Source of the DNA: Eubacteriales bacterium
GTDB taxonomy: Bacteria > Bacillota > Clostridia > Oscillospirales > CAG-272
DNA length: 64,000 nucleotides
Reading direction: 5' to 3'
NCBI GenBank assembly: GCA_045533505.1
Contig: JAZSHY010000002.1
Location: forward strand, 11,740 to 75,739
Below are positions 38,733-47,789 of the stretch, piece by piece; positions within the stretch are counted from its first letter, which is position 1, and each line of letters opens with the position of its first letter. The notes below the pieces were generated by a model. That model did not search any database and was not told where the DNA came from. It saw only the letters and a list, made by a program, of their open reading frames with translations. A program made the translations under genes and the position numbers.

Positions 38733-38738
38733 ATGATC

Positions 38739-40811
38739 TTATGCTTCGTTTGCGGCGGCAATAATTTTTTGCGCCACATTGGCAGGCACTTCCTCGTAAC
38801 GAACAAACTCAAAATCAAAGCGGCCCCTGCCTTGGGTAGCGGCCCGAAGGGTAATGACATAGTCGGCCATCTCGGGCTGCGGAACCTCGGCAAGCACGGC
38901 CTGGAAGCCGGGCTTCCCTTCAATCGGCTCAATACCGAGCACACGGCCACGGCGCTTGTTCACATCACCCATGACATCTCCCACATAATCATCGGGGACA
39001 ACAACGCGAAGCTCACCCACGGGCTCCAGCAAAACCGGCTGAGCCTTCGGAATGCCGTCCTTGTAAGCAAGGATGGCAGCGAGCTTAAAGGAAATTTCGT
39101 TACTGTCAACATCGTGATAAGAACCGCCGGAAAGATTCGCACCGAGACCCACCATGGGATAACCGGCGAGAACGCCCTGCTGCATGGCCTCCAAAAGGCC
39201 TTTTTCTACCGCGGGGAAATAGTTTTTCGGCACTTCCCCGCCAAACACCGTTTCGGTGAAGGTGAGACCTTCACCCTCGGCGGGAGAAAATGTGATTTTT
39301 ACATGGCCATACTGACCGCTTCCGCCCGATTGCTTCTTGTGCTTCCCTTCCACGTCCACCGTTTTTTTGATGGTCTCACGATACGGGAATTTGAGGTCTC
39401 CCACGGTAACGTTGATATTAAAGCGGTTTTTCAGCTTAGCCACCACAACATCCAGATGGATGTCACCAAGCCCGTACAGCACCAGCTGACGAGTCACAGA
39501 ATCGTTCACGAAGCGAATGGTCACATCCTCGGCAAGTAAGCGAGAAATGCCTGTGGAAAGCTTATCCTCCTCGCCCTTGGCCGCCCGGATAGAGCGCCCA
39601 TAGTAGGCACGTGGGAACGATACGGGAGCATAGGTAAATGGGGCGGTTCTTGTAGTAAGAGTGTCATTGGTGTTAGTGTTCACCAGCTTGGCAATGACGC
39701 CGATATCGCCACAGGCAAGCCCATCTGCCTCAATCTGCTTCTTGCCAAAAGGAACCAGAAGACGCGAGAATTTTTCATCGGTATCGGTTACCGTGTTATG
39801 GAGAACCATATCCTTCGAAAGGGTTCCCTCCATCACGCGGAAGAAGGACATTTTGCCAACAAAGGGGTCGGCAATTGTTTTGAAGACAAAGAGTGAGGTT
39901 TCGGGGCTCTCGCGGTCAATGGGAAGCGTTGCTTCCTTACCGTTTTCGAAAATAACCTCTGTGCCGCGCACTGTGGGACGGGGGAAGGAGGCTACAATCG
40001 TATTGAGAAGAGATTTGACGCCCCAAAGCTTCATAGCGGCACCGCAGAAAACCGGAATGATTTCATTGTGGATAATCCCTTCATGAACCGCTTCCTCAAG
40101 CTCCTCTTGCGTAATTTCCTCGCCGCCGAAATACTTTTCCATCAATTCTTCGCTGGTGGTTGCCGCAGCCTCCACCAGTTTCTCGCGGTATTCGAGAGCA
40201 ACGTCCATAAATTGGTCGGGAATAGGAAGGCTGACGACCTCTCCGCTATGGGAATCAAAGATGTAGACCTGCATATCCATCAGGTACAAAAAGCCTGTCA
40301 CCTGATTGCCATCAATACAGGGAATCAGCAAGGGACAAAGCTTGTTGCCATATTTTTCGGTCAACTTATCGTAGGTCTTTTTGAATCGGGCCTCACCGTC
40401 ATCAAACCGATTGATAAAAAAGGTTTTGGGGATTCCCGCCTCAGTGGCATATTCCCAAGCAAGGTCAGTGCCTACCTCGGGACCTGTTTTTCCGTCTACC
40501 ACAATGATAGCACTGTCGGCAACACGGACGCACTGCCGCACCTCACCCTCAAAGTCAAAGTAACCGGGAGTGTCCAGGACGTTGATTTTCATATCGCGGT
40601 ATTCCAACGGTAAAACAGAAGCGGAGAGCGAAAAGCCACGCTTGATTTCCTCGGGATCGTAATCGGACACAGTGTTTCCGTCTGTAATTTTACCAAGGCG
40701 ATCTGTTGTATGAGTCAAAAACAGCATAGCCTCAGCAAGCGAGGTTTTTCCGGAGCCGCTATGGCCCAGGAGGCATACATTGCGAAGCATTTTGGTTGAA
40801 TACATTTGCAT
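38739..40811 (-). CDS. EF-G-family translational GTPase paralogue (FusA2-like)
   Basis: G1 motif GHSGSGKTS (not the AHIDAGKTT of canonical EF-G), plus DTPGYFDF and NRFD motifs and all five EF-G domains by length. AAGGAGA lies 8 nt before the ATG at 40811. Confidence 0.8.
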   Translation of the reverse strand: MQMYSTKMLRNVCLLGHSGSGKTSLAEAMLFLTHTTDRLGKITDGNTVSDYDPEEIKRGFSLSASVLPLEYRDMKINVLDTPGYFDFEGEVRQCVRVADSAIIVVDGKTGPEVGTDLAWEYATEAGIPKTFFINRFDDGEARFKKTYDKLTEKYGNKLCPLLIPCIDGNQVTGFLYLMDMQVYIFDSHSGEVVSLPIPDQFMDVALEYREKLVEAAATTSEELMEKYFGGEEITQEELEEAVHEGIIHNEIIPVFCGAAMKLWGVKSLLNTIVASFPRPTVRGTEVIFENGKEATLPIDRESPETSLFVFKTIADPFVGKMSFFRVMEGTLSKDMVLHNTVTDTDEKFSRLLVPFGKKQIEADGLACGDIGVIAKLVNTNTNDTLTTRTAPFTYAPVSFPRAYYGRSIRAAKGEEDKLSTGISRLLAEDVTIRFVNDSVTRQLVLYGLGDIHLDVVVAKLKNRFNINVTVGDLKFPYRETIKKTVDVEGKHKKQSGGSGQYGHVKITFSPAEGEGLTFTETVFGGEVPKNYFPAVEKGLLEAMQQGVLAGYPMVGLGANLSGGSYHDVDSNEISFKLAAILAYKDGIPKAQPVLLEPVGELRVVVPDDYVGDVMGDVNKRRGRVLGIEPIEGKPGFQAVLAEVPQPEMADYVITLRAATQGRGRFDFEFVRYEEVPANVAQKIIAAANEA

Positions 40812-40883
40812 CTTCGGAATCTCCTTTTTGTTAATACAAGTTGGAACGCCTGGCTTCTGTTGCAGCCATATTTCCTTACCTAT

Positions 40884-40912
40884 AGTATACACAAATTTCT
40901 TCCAAGTTGCAA
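40884..40912 (-). promoter_or_regulatory. sigma-70 promoter for the EF-G paralogue
   Basis: Minus strand has TTGCAA (40912..40907), 17-nt spacer, TATACT (40889..40884). Confidence 0.55.
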
Positions 40913-40971
40913 GAGTTTTCCATCAAAAAGTGATAATTGGCGTAGAAATATTTCGTCCGTTTTTGTGCGTT

Positions 40972-41943
40972 TTATACATAGTTTTTGTAATTTTTGCCCT
41001 GCCAGAGCCCTTTTTGCAGCATAGCGAGATCCACGGCGTTTATTACCGTAAGCTTCTTAAGGCTCCAAAGCGGGGCCAAAAGAGAGGTAGGAGCACCGTC
41101 GCCCGTGACGCGACCTATTACCGTTTCGGCAGGTAAAAGAGCCAATTGCTCGGTCAGAATATCCACATAGCTTTCTTTGGTAAGCGGGGTGTATTCTCCT
41201 CTTTCGTAAAGCGTGGCCAAGGGGGTATCCCGAAGGACATGGAGCAGGTGGATTTTTACCTCATCGGGCTTGAGCTCGGCAAGCGTCTTCATCCCCGAGA
41301 GCATTCTATCCTTATCCTCTCCCGGAAGCCCGTTAATCATATGGACCGAAATCCGTGCGCGCGGACACATCTCGCGTAAAGCATAAAAGCCCTCGCAAAA
41401 CTCTGCAAAGGTATGACCGCGCCGAATGAGCTCCGCCGTCTCGTCGTATACACTTTGCAGACCGAGCTCCACCGTCAAATCTATCTGCTCCGAAACCTCA
41501 CGCAGAAGAAGCAAAACCTCCCGGCCAAGACAATCCGCCCGTGTAGCGATGTGAAAGGCAACGGCATCGGGGAGAGCCAGTACCTCACGGTACACGCGTG
41601 AGAGAACCGAGATAGGGGCATAGGTATTGGTGTGGGCTTGCAGGTACGGAATACACCGCACCGTCTCCCACTTCCGTGACATAAGCTCGCGCTGTTTTGC
41701 ATACTGCTCACGCAAGGAGAGACCACTCATCGTAAAATCGCCGCTGCCGCGAGGTGAGCAATACAGGCAACCGCCGTATCCGCGCTTGCCGTCAATATTC
41801 GGGCAGGTGAAGCCTGCATCCAAGGATATTTTGACGCATTTCCCGCCATAACGGTGACGAAGATAATAGTCATAGGTATGATAGCGTTTGTTGGTGTCGC
41901 TATATTGAAAGGGGGGGATGGATGGGCTCAATGTATTCTTCAT
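40972..41943 (-). CDS. TIGR01212-type radical SAM protein
   Basis: CPNIDGKRGYGGCLYCS cluster motif and length are typical of the YtqA/TIGR01212 family. The start overlaps the radA stop (ATGA). Confidence 0.8.
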   Translation of the reverse strand: MKNTLSPSIPPFQYSDTNKRYHTYDYYLRHRYGGKCVKISLDAGFTCPNIDGKRGYGGCLYCSPRGSGDFTMSGLSLREQYAKQRELMSRKWETVRCIPYLQAHTNTYAPISVLSRVYREVLALPDAVAFHIATRADCLGREVLLLLREVSEQIDLTVELGLQSVYDETAELIRRGHTFAEFCEGFYALREMCPRARISVHMINGLPGEDKDRMLSGMKTLAELKPDEVKIHLLHVLRDTPLATLYERGEYTPLTKESYVDILTEQLALLPAETVIGRVTGDGAPTSLLAPLWSLKKLTVINAVDLAMLQKGLWQGKNYKNYV

Positions 41944-43304
41944 TTCTTCATAAGATAGGGCAAAATGTCACGAATATGAGAAATCCCAACAAGAGATACC
42001 CCTTCTGGGACCGAAATCTTTTTGGAAAGCGAGCGCTTCGGCATGAGAAGCGTGCGCAGGCCGAGGCGAATTGCCTCATTCACGCGCGTTTCCACATGAG
42101 AAACGGGGCGCACCTCCCCCGAAAGGCCAATCTCACCGAAGGCGATAAGATCGGGCGGCACGGGGCGGTCAAGCAAGCCCGATATAAGCGCAACGGTTAT
42201 CGAGAGGTCGGCAGCAGGCTCGTCAAAGCGTATGCCTCCCGCAATATTCAGATAAACATCGTTCGCGGAATAGCGAAGTGACAGCCGTTTTTCAAGAACG
42301 GCAAGCAGTAAGCACATGCGATTATAGTCCACGCCGTCCGCCGTGCGGCGCGGCGAGGGAAACACGCTGGGAGAAACCAGAGCCTGTATCTCGGTGATAA
42401 TCGGACGGGTCCCCTCCATAACACAGCCTATGCAGGAGCCACCGTTGGATTCTCCCCTTTCGTGCAGGACGATTTCGGAGGGGTTCGGCACCTCCAGAAG
42501 CCCCTTGTCGGTCATATCGAATACGCCGATTTCGTTAGTGGAGCCATAGCGGTTCTTGATGGCGCGTATGATGCGATAGGTTTGCTGCTTGTCCCCCTCG
42601 AAATAAAGAACGGCATCCACCATATGCTCAAGCATTTTGGGGCCGGAAATGCCACCCTCCTTATTGACGTGCCCTACAAGGAAAACCGAGGTTCTGCTTT
42701 CCTTGGCGTAGGCAATAAGCGCCGCAGCGCAATCTCGCACCTGCGCAATGCTTCCCGCTACCGAACGGCTTGACGAGCGCACAACGGTCTGGACAGAATC
42801 GACCACCAAAATATCGGGCTGAAGCTTTTTGGCGGTAGCCAGCACAACATCCACATCGCCCTCGCTTATAAGATAGAGCTCTCCTCCCTTGGCGCCGAGA
42901 CGTTCGGCGCGAAGCTTGATTTGCCCAAGCGATTCCTCCCCCGAAACATACAGCACGCGGTGGCCGTGGCTGAGCGATTCAGAAATCTGAAGAAGAAGCG
43001 TGGATTTGCCGATTCCCGGCTCTCCCGAAAGAAGAACAACAGCCCCCGCGACAAGGCCGCCGCCTAGAACACGGTCAAGCTCGTTCGTCCCCGTGAGAAT
43101 TCGGATTGCTTCATCAGGCGCAATCTCCGAAAGACGGACGGCATCCGCCGCTTCTGCGCGATATTCGGGGGCATTCTCCTGCCGCGCGGCGGGCGCTATT
43201 TCCTCCATTGTGTTCCAGAGACCGCAATCGGGGCACTTCCCCACCCAATGAGAAACCGTGCAACCGCACTCGGCGCAAATAAAGCTTGTTTTGGGAGCTT
43301 TCAT
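41940..43304 (-). CDS. radA: DNA repair protein RadA/Sms
   Basis: N-terminal C4 zinc finger (CAECG..CPDCG), Walker A GEPGIGKST, KNRYG motif and a Lon-like C-domain. Confidence 0.92.
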   Translation of the reverse strand: MKAPKTSFICAECGCTVSHWVGKCPDCGLWNTMEEIAPAARQENAPEYRAEAADAVRLSEIAPDEAIRILTGTNELDRVLGGGLVAGAVVLLSGEPGIGKSTLLLQISESLSHGHRVLYVSGEESLGQIKLRAERLGAKGGELYLISEGDVDVVLATAKKLQPDILVVDSVQTVVRSSSRSVAGSIAQVRDCAAALIAYAKESRTSVFLVGHVNKEGGISGPKMLEHMVDAVLYFEGDKQQTYRIIRAIKNRYGSTNEIGVFDMTDKGLLEVPNPSEIVLHERGESNGGSCIGCVMEGTRPIITEIQALVSPSVFPSPRRTADGVDYNRMCLLLAVLEKRLSLRYSANDVYLNIAGGIRFDEPAADLSITVALISGLLDRPVPPDLIAFGEIGLSGEVRPVSHVETRVNEAIRLGLRTLLMPKRSLSKKISVPEGVSLVGISHIRDILPYLMKK

Positions 43305-44047
43305 GTCGTTTTTTTCTCCTCGCTGTTAATATACTCCATTATACCACAAAAAATTGAAAATGACAAATCCCTTTGATATTCTTCCCGCGTGAGCTGCTCC
43401 GCTTCCTCGGGATTCGAAAGAAAGCCGCATTCTATAAGCACGGCACGTCCCACCGCATTCTCAAGAAGATAGATATGACTGCCTGCCGCCTTGGTCTTTC
43501 GCGTATTCTTCTTTTGAAGTGTTTGACACACCGTTTCTTGTATGGCATTCGCGAGACTCCGACTCCCGTCTGTTTCTGCATAATAAACCTGGAGCCCAGA
43601 ATACTTGGGAACCGAAAAGGAATTCATGTGAATGCTGATAAACAGCGCGCCCGGATTTCCCTTCGCTACGGCCAAGCGATTTTTTAGATCGTACTCCTTG
43701 CGATGACCGGGAATGTTCCCTTCTTGCCCGTATAGGAGGGTATCCTCGGTCCTTGTATAGATAACCCTTACCCCCTGCGCTTCCAAAAGAACGCCGATTT
43801 TTTTAGCAATGGCAAGATTCAGCTCCTTTTCCAAGGCGCCGTTTACCCCAACGGCCCCTCCGTCCTCTCCGCCGTGCCCCGCATCCAATATGACGGTAAG
43901 GCCTTCCGCCCCCCCCATCGCCTCCCTGCTTTCAAAGGTGGCGGAGGCGAGCGCCACCATAAGGCCGCCAACCAAAAGAAATGCTATCAAAAGAAAAAGG
44001 ACACCCGTATAAGAGAGGAACGGGTGTCTTTCCTTGCTTTTCTGCAT
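43301..44047 (-). CDS. cwlD: N-acetylmuramoyl-L-alanine amidase, CwlD-like
   Basis: One N-terminal TM segment, then an Amidase_3 motif VILDAGHGGEDGGAVG. GGGAGG lies upstream of the ATG at 44047. Confidence 0.8.
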   Translation of the reverse strand: MQKSKERHPFLSYTGVLFLLIAFLLVGGLMVALASATFESREAMGGAEGLTVILDAGHGGEDGGAVGVNGALEKELNLAIAKKIGVLLEAQGVRVIYTRTEDTLLYGQEGNIPGHRKEYDLKNRLAVAKGNPGALFISIHMNSFSVPKYSGLQVYYAETDGSRSLANAIQETVCQTLQKKNTRKTKAAGSHIYLLENAVGRAVLIECGFLSNPEEAEQLTREEYQRDLSFSIFCGIMEYINSEEKKTT

Positions 44048-44127
44048 ACAAACCTCCCAAAGACTATATGTCTCCTCGGATTTTTGCCGAAGAGTGATAT
44101 ATGTATATGAGAGATATGAGGAGTTCA

Positions 44128-44715
44128 TTACTTGCGGCGCATGGGCTTTTTACAGCCATATATATAGCCAAGCCAAGAGGCGACGGTCACAAAAAGAGGC
44201 GTTACGGTGTAGGCCACGGTAGCAAAAATCAAGCTGTCAAAAGCAGAAAAATCAGCAACTATGGTCTTCAAAAGCCCCGTATACATAGATTGGAGCATAG
44301 TGATGAAGGTATAGCCTATCGTCCAAATGCCGCTGCTTACGCTATCTGTGAGGGCTCCTTTATCATCAATCTGAATCCCCAGCACAAAGCCAAGAATCAT
44401 AAGGAAAACAAAAATATAATTGGGAGCCGTGGCGCAAAGGCCTATCTTGAAGCCGTAGCCCGAATCGTACCGAAGGCGCCCCCCCTGTATCTTCACACTA
44501 TCGTTACTTCCCTCCTCGCGCATGGTGTAAAACACAAGAAAAAGATAGAAAGCAATTGAAAAAAGGCTTGCCACCAGCATCATAGGAGTCTTAATATCCT
44601 CGCGCATAATTCCCGCTGTAAAGGTCATAATTAAGGCAAAAATCATAAGCCCGACCTGATTCACCAGAACGCGCATAATGCGATGCATGTTATTTTTCAC
44701 AAAACGTATAAGCAT
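44128..44715 (-). CDS. polytopic membrane protein, function unknown
   Basis: About 195 aa with five or six hydrophobic segments. AAGGAGA lies upstream of the ATG at 44715. The longer ORF to 44898 lacks an SD. Confidence 0.5.
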   Translation of the reverse strand: MLIRFVKNNMHRIMRVLVNQVGLMIFALIMTFTAGIMREDIKTPMMLVASLFSIAFYLFLVFYTMREEGSNDSVKIQGGRLRYDSGYGFKIGLCATAPNYIFVFLMILGFVLGIQIDDKGALTDSVSSGIWTIGYTFITMLQSMYTGLLKTIVADFSAFDSLIFATVAYTVTPLFVTVASWLGYIYGCKKPMRRK

Positions 44716-44855
44716 ACAGTATCTCCTTACATACTTCCTTATTATGATACCCTTTTCTTTAAGAAAAAGCAAGACGTAGCATAAGAATTTACAAATTAGA
44801 CACTTCTTCACGTTGCATGATTTTGTATAATTAAATAAAAGAAGGGAGGTAGCGT

Positions 44856-45911
44856 ATGAAGGAAGGCTTACTGCATTCCAAGGATTTTCGCGCCGCACCC
44901 GGCATATTGAAAAGCTTTGTGAAGCATAAAATTGCCATAGAGGGCTGTTCTGAAAAAACTGCGTCCGAATACCTGCTCGATTTGCGGACCTTTTTTCGCT
45001 ATCTGCTTGCGATGGAAGGGGACCTGCCTACAGAAGGCGCGGAGTTTGAAGGCATTGATATCAGCAAAATTGACACAGCCTTCATTCTTGGTATTGACCG
45101 CGATGCCATCATTGATTTCCTTTCCTATGCTGCCACAGAACGGGGGAATGAACGCGCCAGCCGTGCGCGAAAGCTCTCTGCCCTCAAATCTTTTTTTCGC
45201 TATGTGTCTCTTCTTGACACGCGATATGCCGAATTTGACCCCGCAAAAAACATCAAAATGCCGCATAAGGAACAACGCCTGCCAAAATATCTGACGGAGG
45301 AAGAAAGCGTGGCTCTTCTTCAGGCGATACTTTCAGATGAGGAAAGTCGAACAAGGACGCGCGATTTTGCTATGGTCACACTCTTCCTGAACTGCGGAAT
45401 GCGTCTCTCTGAGCTAGTGGGAATCAATCTCACGGATATTGACCGCGAGCTCTTGTCGCTCCGCGTCATCGGCAAGGGCGCAAAGGAGAGAATTGTCTAT
45501 CTAAATCAGGCCTGTCGCTCGGCACTCATTTCTTATCTTGAAATACGAAAAACGCTTACGCCTCTGCCCGCAGATGCCGATGCTCTCTTTCTCAGCAACC
45601 GCGACACCCGCATCAGCAATAAAACTGTTCAGTACACCGTCTACAAATATCTTGACAAAGCCGGGCTTGGCCAGCGAGGGCTTTCGGTCCATAAGCTGCG
45701 CCATACGGCTGCCACACTGATGTATCAAAGCGGTGAGGTCGATGTACGTGTTTTAAAGGATATTCTGGGCCATGCACAGCTCAATACCACGCAAATTTAC
45801 ACGCATCTTTCCAATCGCAGTATGGAGGAAGCGATGGCACGCAACCCTCTGGCTAAGCTTGTGATATCGCAAAAAGACTCCTCTCTCGGAACCGAGGACG
45901 ACGAGGAGTAA
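44856..45911 (+). CDS. tyrosine recombinase, XerC/XerD family
   Basis: Has an SAM-like N-domain. Catalytic signature R..HKLRHTAAT..LGHAQLNTTQIYTH. GGGAGG SD. Unusual acidic C-terminal tail. Confidence 0.8.
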   Translation: MKEGLLHSKDFRAAPGILKSFVKHKIAIEGCSEKTASEYLLDLRTFFRYLLAMEGDLPTEGAEFEGIDISKIDTAFILGIDRDAIIDFLSYAATERGNERASRARKLSALKSFFRYVSLLDTRYAEFDPAKNIKMPHKEQRLPKYLTEEESVALLQAILSDEESRTRTRDFAMVTLFLNCGMRLSELVGINLTDIDRELLSLRVIGKGAKERIVYLNQACRSALISYLEIRKTLTPLPADADALFLSNRDTRISNKTVQYTVYKYLDKAGLGQRGLSVHKLRHTAATLMYQSGEVDVRVLKDILGHAQLNTTQIYTHLSNRSMEEAMARNPLAKLVISQKDSSLGTEDDEE

Positions 45912-45955
45912 CCTCTCGTTCCCCTCACGCATATACTGTATGAGGGGGTGATTCT

Positions 45956-46678
45956 TTGTCCTTGGTAAAGTCCTGCTATCTTTCAAGTCCCTCAAGACGG
46001 AGACCGCAAAGGAAACGAAGGCGCATCTGGATTTTGCTTGTGACAGCCCTTATCGTGCTGTCCTTTCTCAATATCCGTCTTTCCCCTCTTCTTAGGTCAC
46101 TCGCCGCGGTGGAGGCCGAAAAAATTGCAGAGGAAAGAATTGCCACGGCCATTCTTTCTGAAATGGAGCGTCAACCCACCTTGTATCGAGACATTATAGC
46201 GCTTTCCTACAAAAGTGACGGAAGCATTGCCTCCTTATCTGCCGATACCGCCCGGTTAATCGTGCTTCGCAACCGCCTCTCACATGCAGTTCTTTCTAAT
46301 CTTGACGATGAGAATCTTAATCTTAAAATCCCCTTTTCTTCGTTGTTTGGCCTCAACTTTCTGCCCTCTACGCCACATATTTCACTTCCCCTTCGCGCAA
46401 CACGCTCCTATAACGCATACTTTTCCTCGCAGTTTTCCGAGAGAGGTATAAATCAAACGCGCCATAGCATCATTTTTTGTGTATCGATAGAAATGGCAAT
46501 ACTGATTCCCAGTCGCATTTATACAGTTCGCATCGTTCGGGAATTTCCCTTTGCCGAAACGGTAATTGTAGGAGAGGTTCCCGAGGCCTATACCAAAATT
46601 GACCGATTTACAGATGACATCAGCGAGACCGAAATTGACGACATCTACGATTTCGGGGCATCTGTCGCGGATACTTAG
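45956..46678 (+). CDS. yunB: sporulation protein YunB
   Basis: Basic N-terminus plus one TM segment, then a YKSDGSIASLSADT..LRNRLS core typical of YunB. TTG start follows GAGGGGGTG. Confidence 0.7.
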   Translation: MSLVKSCYLSSPSRRRPQRKRRRIWILLVTALIVLSFLNIRLSPLLRSLAAVEAEKIAEERIATAILSEMERQPTLYRDIIALSYKSDGSIASLSADTARLIVLRNRLSHAVLSNLDDENLNLKIPFSSLFGLNFLPSTPHISLPLRATRSYNAYFSSQFSERGINQTRHSIIFCVSIEMAILIPSRIYTVRIVREFPFAETVIVGEVPEAYTKIDRFTDDISETEIDDIYDFGASVADT

Positions 46679-46709
46679 CTTTAGCAACATAAAACATACG
46701 GAGAGCAAT

Positions 46710-47555
46710 ATGAAACTCGGTGAAAAAATCAAGTTTTTGCGAAAAGAACGGAATTTGACGCAGGCGCATCTTGCGGGCGATGCCATAACGCGAAGCATGC
46801 TTTGTGAAATCGAAAGGGGGAAGGCCTTCCCCTCCCTGGATACACTTCGCTACATCGCAGATGCTCTCTCGGTACCGATGGCATATCTTCTGGATGAGAG
46901 CGAGGATGTTTCGGCCTATCATAAGCGCGAGGCACTGTCCACAATACACCGTCTTTATTTGTCCGGGAAATATGCGGAATGCTTTCGCCTCTGTGAATCG
47001 CTTCCCGGCGAACCGGACGACGAGTTGGCGTTCATTCTTTCTCTGTGTGCCTACGCAGAAGGGAAAAACGCGTTTCGCTCGGGTAATATGGAAACGGCCT
47101 TGGTGTATTTTGAAGAGGCGGCGTCCTATGCCCAAAAGACCGTATATCCCACAGACGGCATAGAAGCGGGGCTTTCGTTGTACCGAGCCCTTTCGGAAAA
47201 CGTTGCCGCACCGCGCCGTGACTTTGATGAAGCCCTTTATCTTCGCAAGGCAACCACCGCCATAGAATGGGAGCTTTATGCTTACATGAAGGATGACCCC
47301 ACCTATCCGTATAGCAATGACCTGTATGCTATTCATGTGGAGACACGGCTTCTTTTGCACGAGCTGCGTTACCGTGAGGCACTTCCTCGGCTGTTGGCCT
47401 TAGAGGCCAGAAAGGGAGAAGAGGGAGTTTCAGCGTATTTTCTTTTTCGTTTGTATTCTGACATCGAGGTTTGCTTCCGAGAAGAAAAGCAATTCGAAAA
47501 AGCCTACAAATACGCTTCCAAACGCATGACGCTCCTTTCAGCTTTTCAGTCCTGA
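46710..47555 (+). CDS. XRE-family HTH regulator with C-terminal helical-repeat (TPR-like) domain
   Basis: KIKFLRKERNLTQAHLAG...LCEIERGKAFPSLDTLRYIADALSV is an HTH_3 motif. The roughly 210-aa remainder is all-helical and repeat-like. ATG at 46710. Confidence 0.75.
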   Translation: MKLGEKIKFLRKERNLTQAHLAGDAITRSMLCEIERGKAFPSLDTLRYIADALSVPMAYLLDESEDVSAYHKREALSTIHRLYLSGKYAECFRLCESLPGEPDDELAFILSLCAYAEGKNAFRSGNMETALVYFEEAASYAQKTVYPTDGIEAGLSLYRALSENVAAPRRDFDEALYLRKATTAIEWELYAYMKDDPTYPYSNDLYAIHVETRLLLHELRYREALPRLLALEARKGEEGVSAYFLFRLYSDIEVCFREEKQFEKAYKYASKRMTLLSAFQS

Positions 47556-47571
47556 CATATCACAAAATGGC

Positions 47572-47606
47572 CTCCCTCTTTTTAAAAGAGGGAGATTTTT
47601 CTTTTT
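47572..47606 (+). terminator. rho-independent terminator after the regulator
   Basis: CTCCCTCTTTT-T-AAAAGAGGGAG followed by ATTTTTCTTTTT. Confidence 0.7.
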
Positions 47607-47669
47607 CCTGTGGCATCTTGTATTGTATTGTATTTATAAAATAAAAGTTACAAAAAGCGAGTTTTTTTC

Positions 47670-47698
47670 TTGACAACATGCTATTTTGATGGTATAGT
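47670..47698 (+). promoter_or_regulatory. near-consensus sigma-70 promoter for the decarboxylase operon
   Basis: TTGACA (47670..47675), 17-nt spacer, TATAGT (47693..47698). The listed ORF start at 47670 is this -35 box. Confidence 0.6.
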
Positions 47699-47789
47699 AT
47701 ATTTGGTGGATTTTGGGGTAATTTCAACCCCCAAAAAATATTTATGTGAAAGGAGTAGGTTTGCGAAAAACGCAAATCGGGAATTCACT

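Noticed and set aside
38568-39539. 323-aa plus-strand ORF
   Set aside because: It is antisense to the EF-G paralogue, and its start would lie inside the small minus-strand gene and the terminator hairpin. Its composition is not protein-like.
38739-40811. Tet(M)/Tet(O)-type ribosomal protection protein
   Set aside because: The G1 motif (GHSGSGKTS) and N-terminus differ from the AHVDAGKTT-type motif of Tet(M)-like proteins. No resistance-element context is present.
37476-40900. Intact integrative element or prophage at tRNA-Ser
   Set aside because: No integrase, excisionase, transposase or phage genes are present. I could not find a downstream direct repeat of the tRNA-Ser 3' end by eye. Only an eroded islet is plausible.
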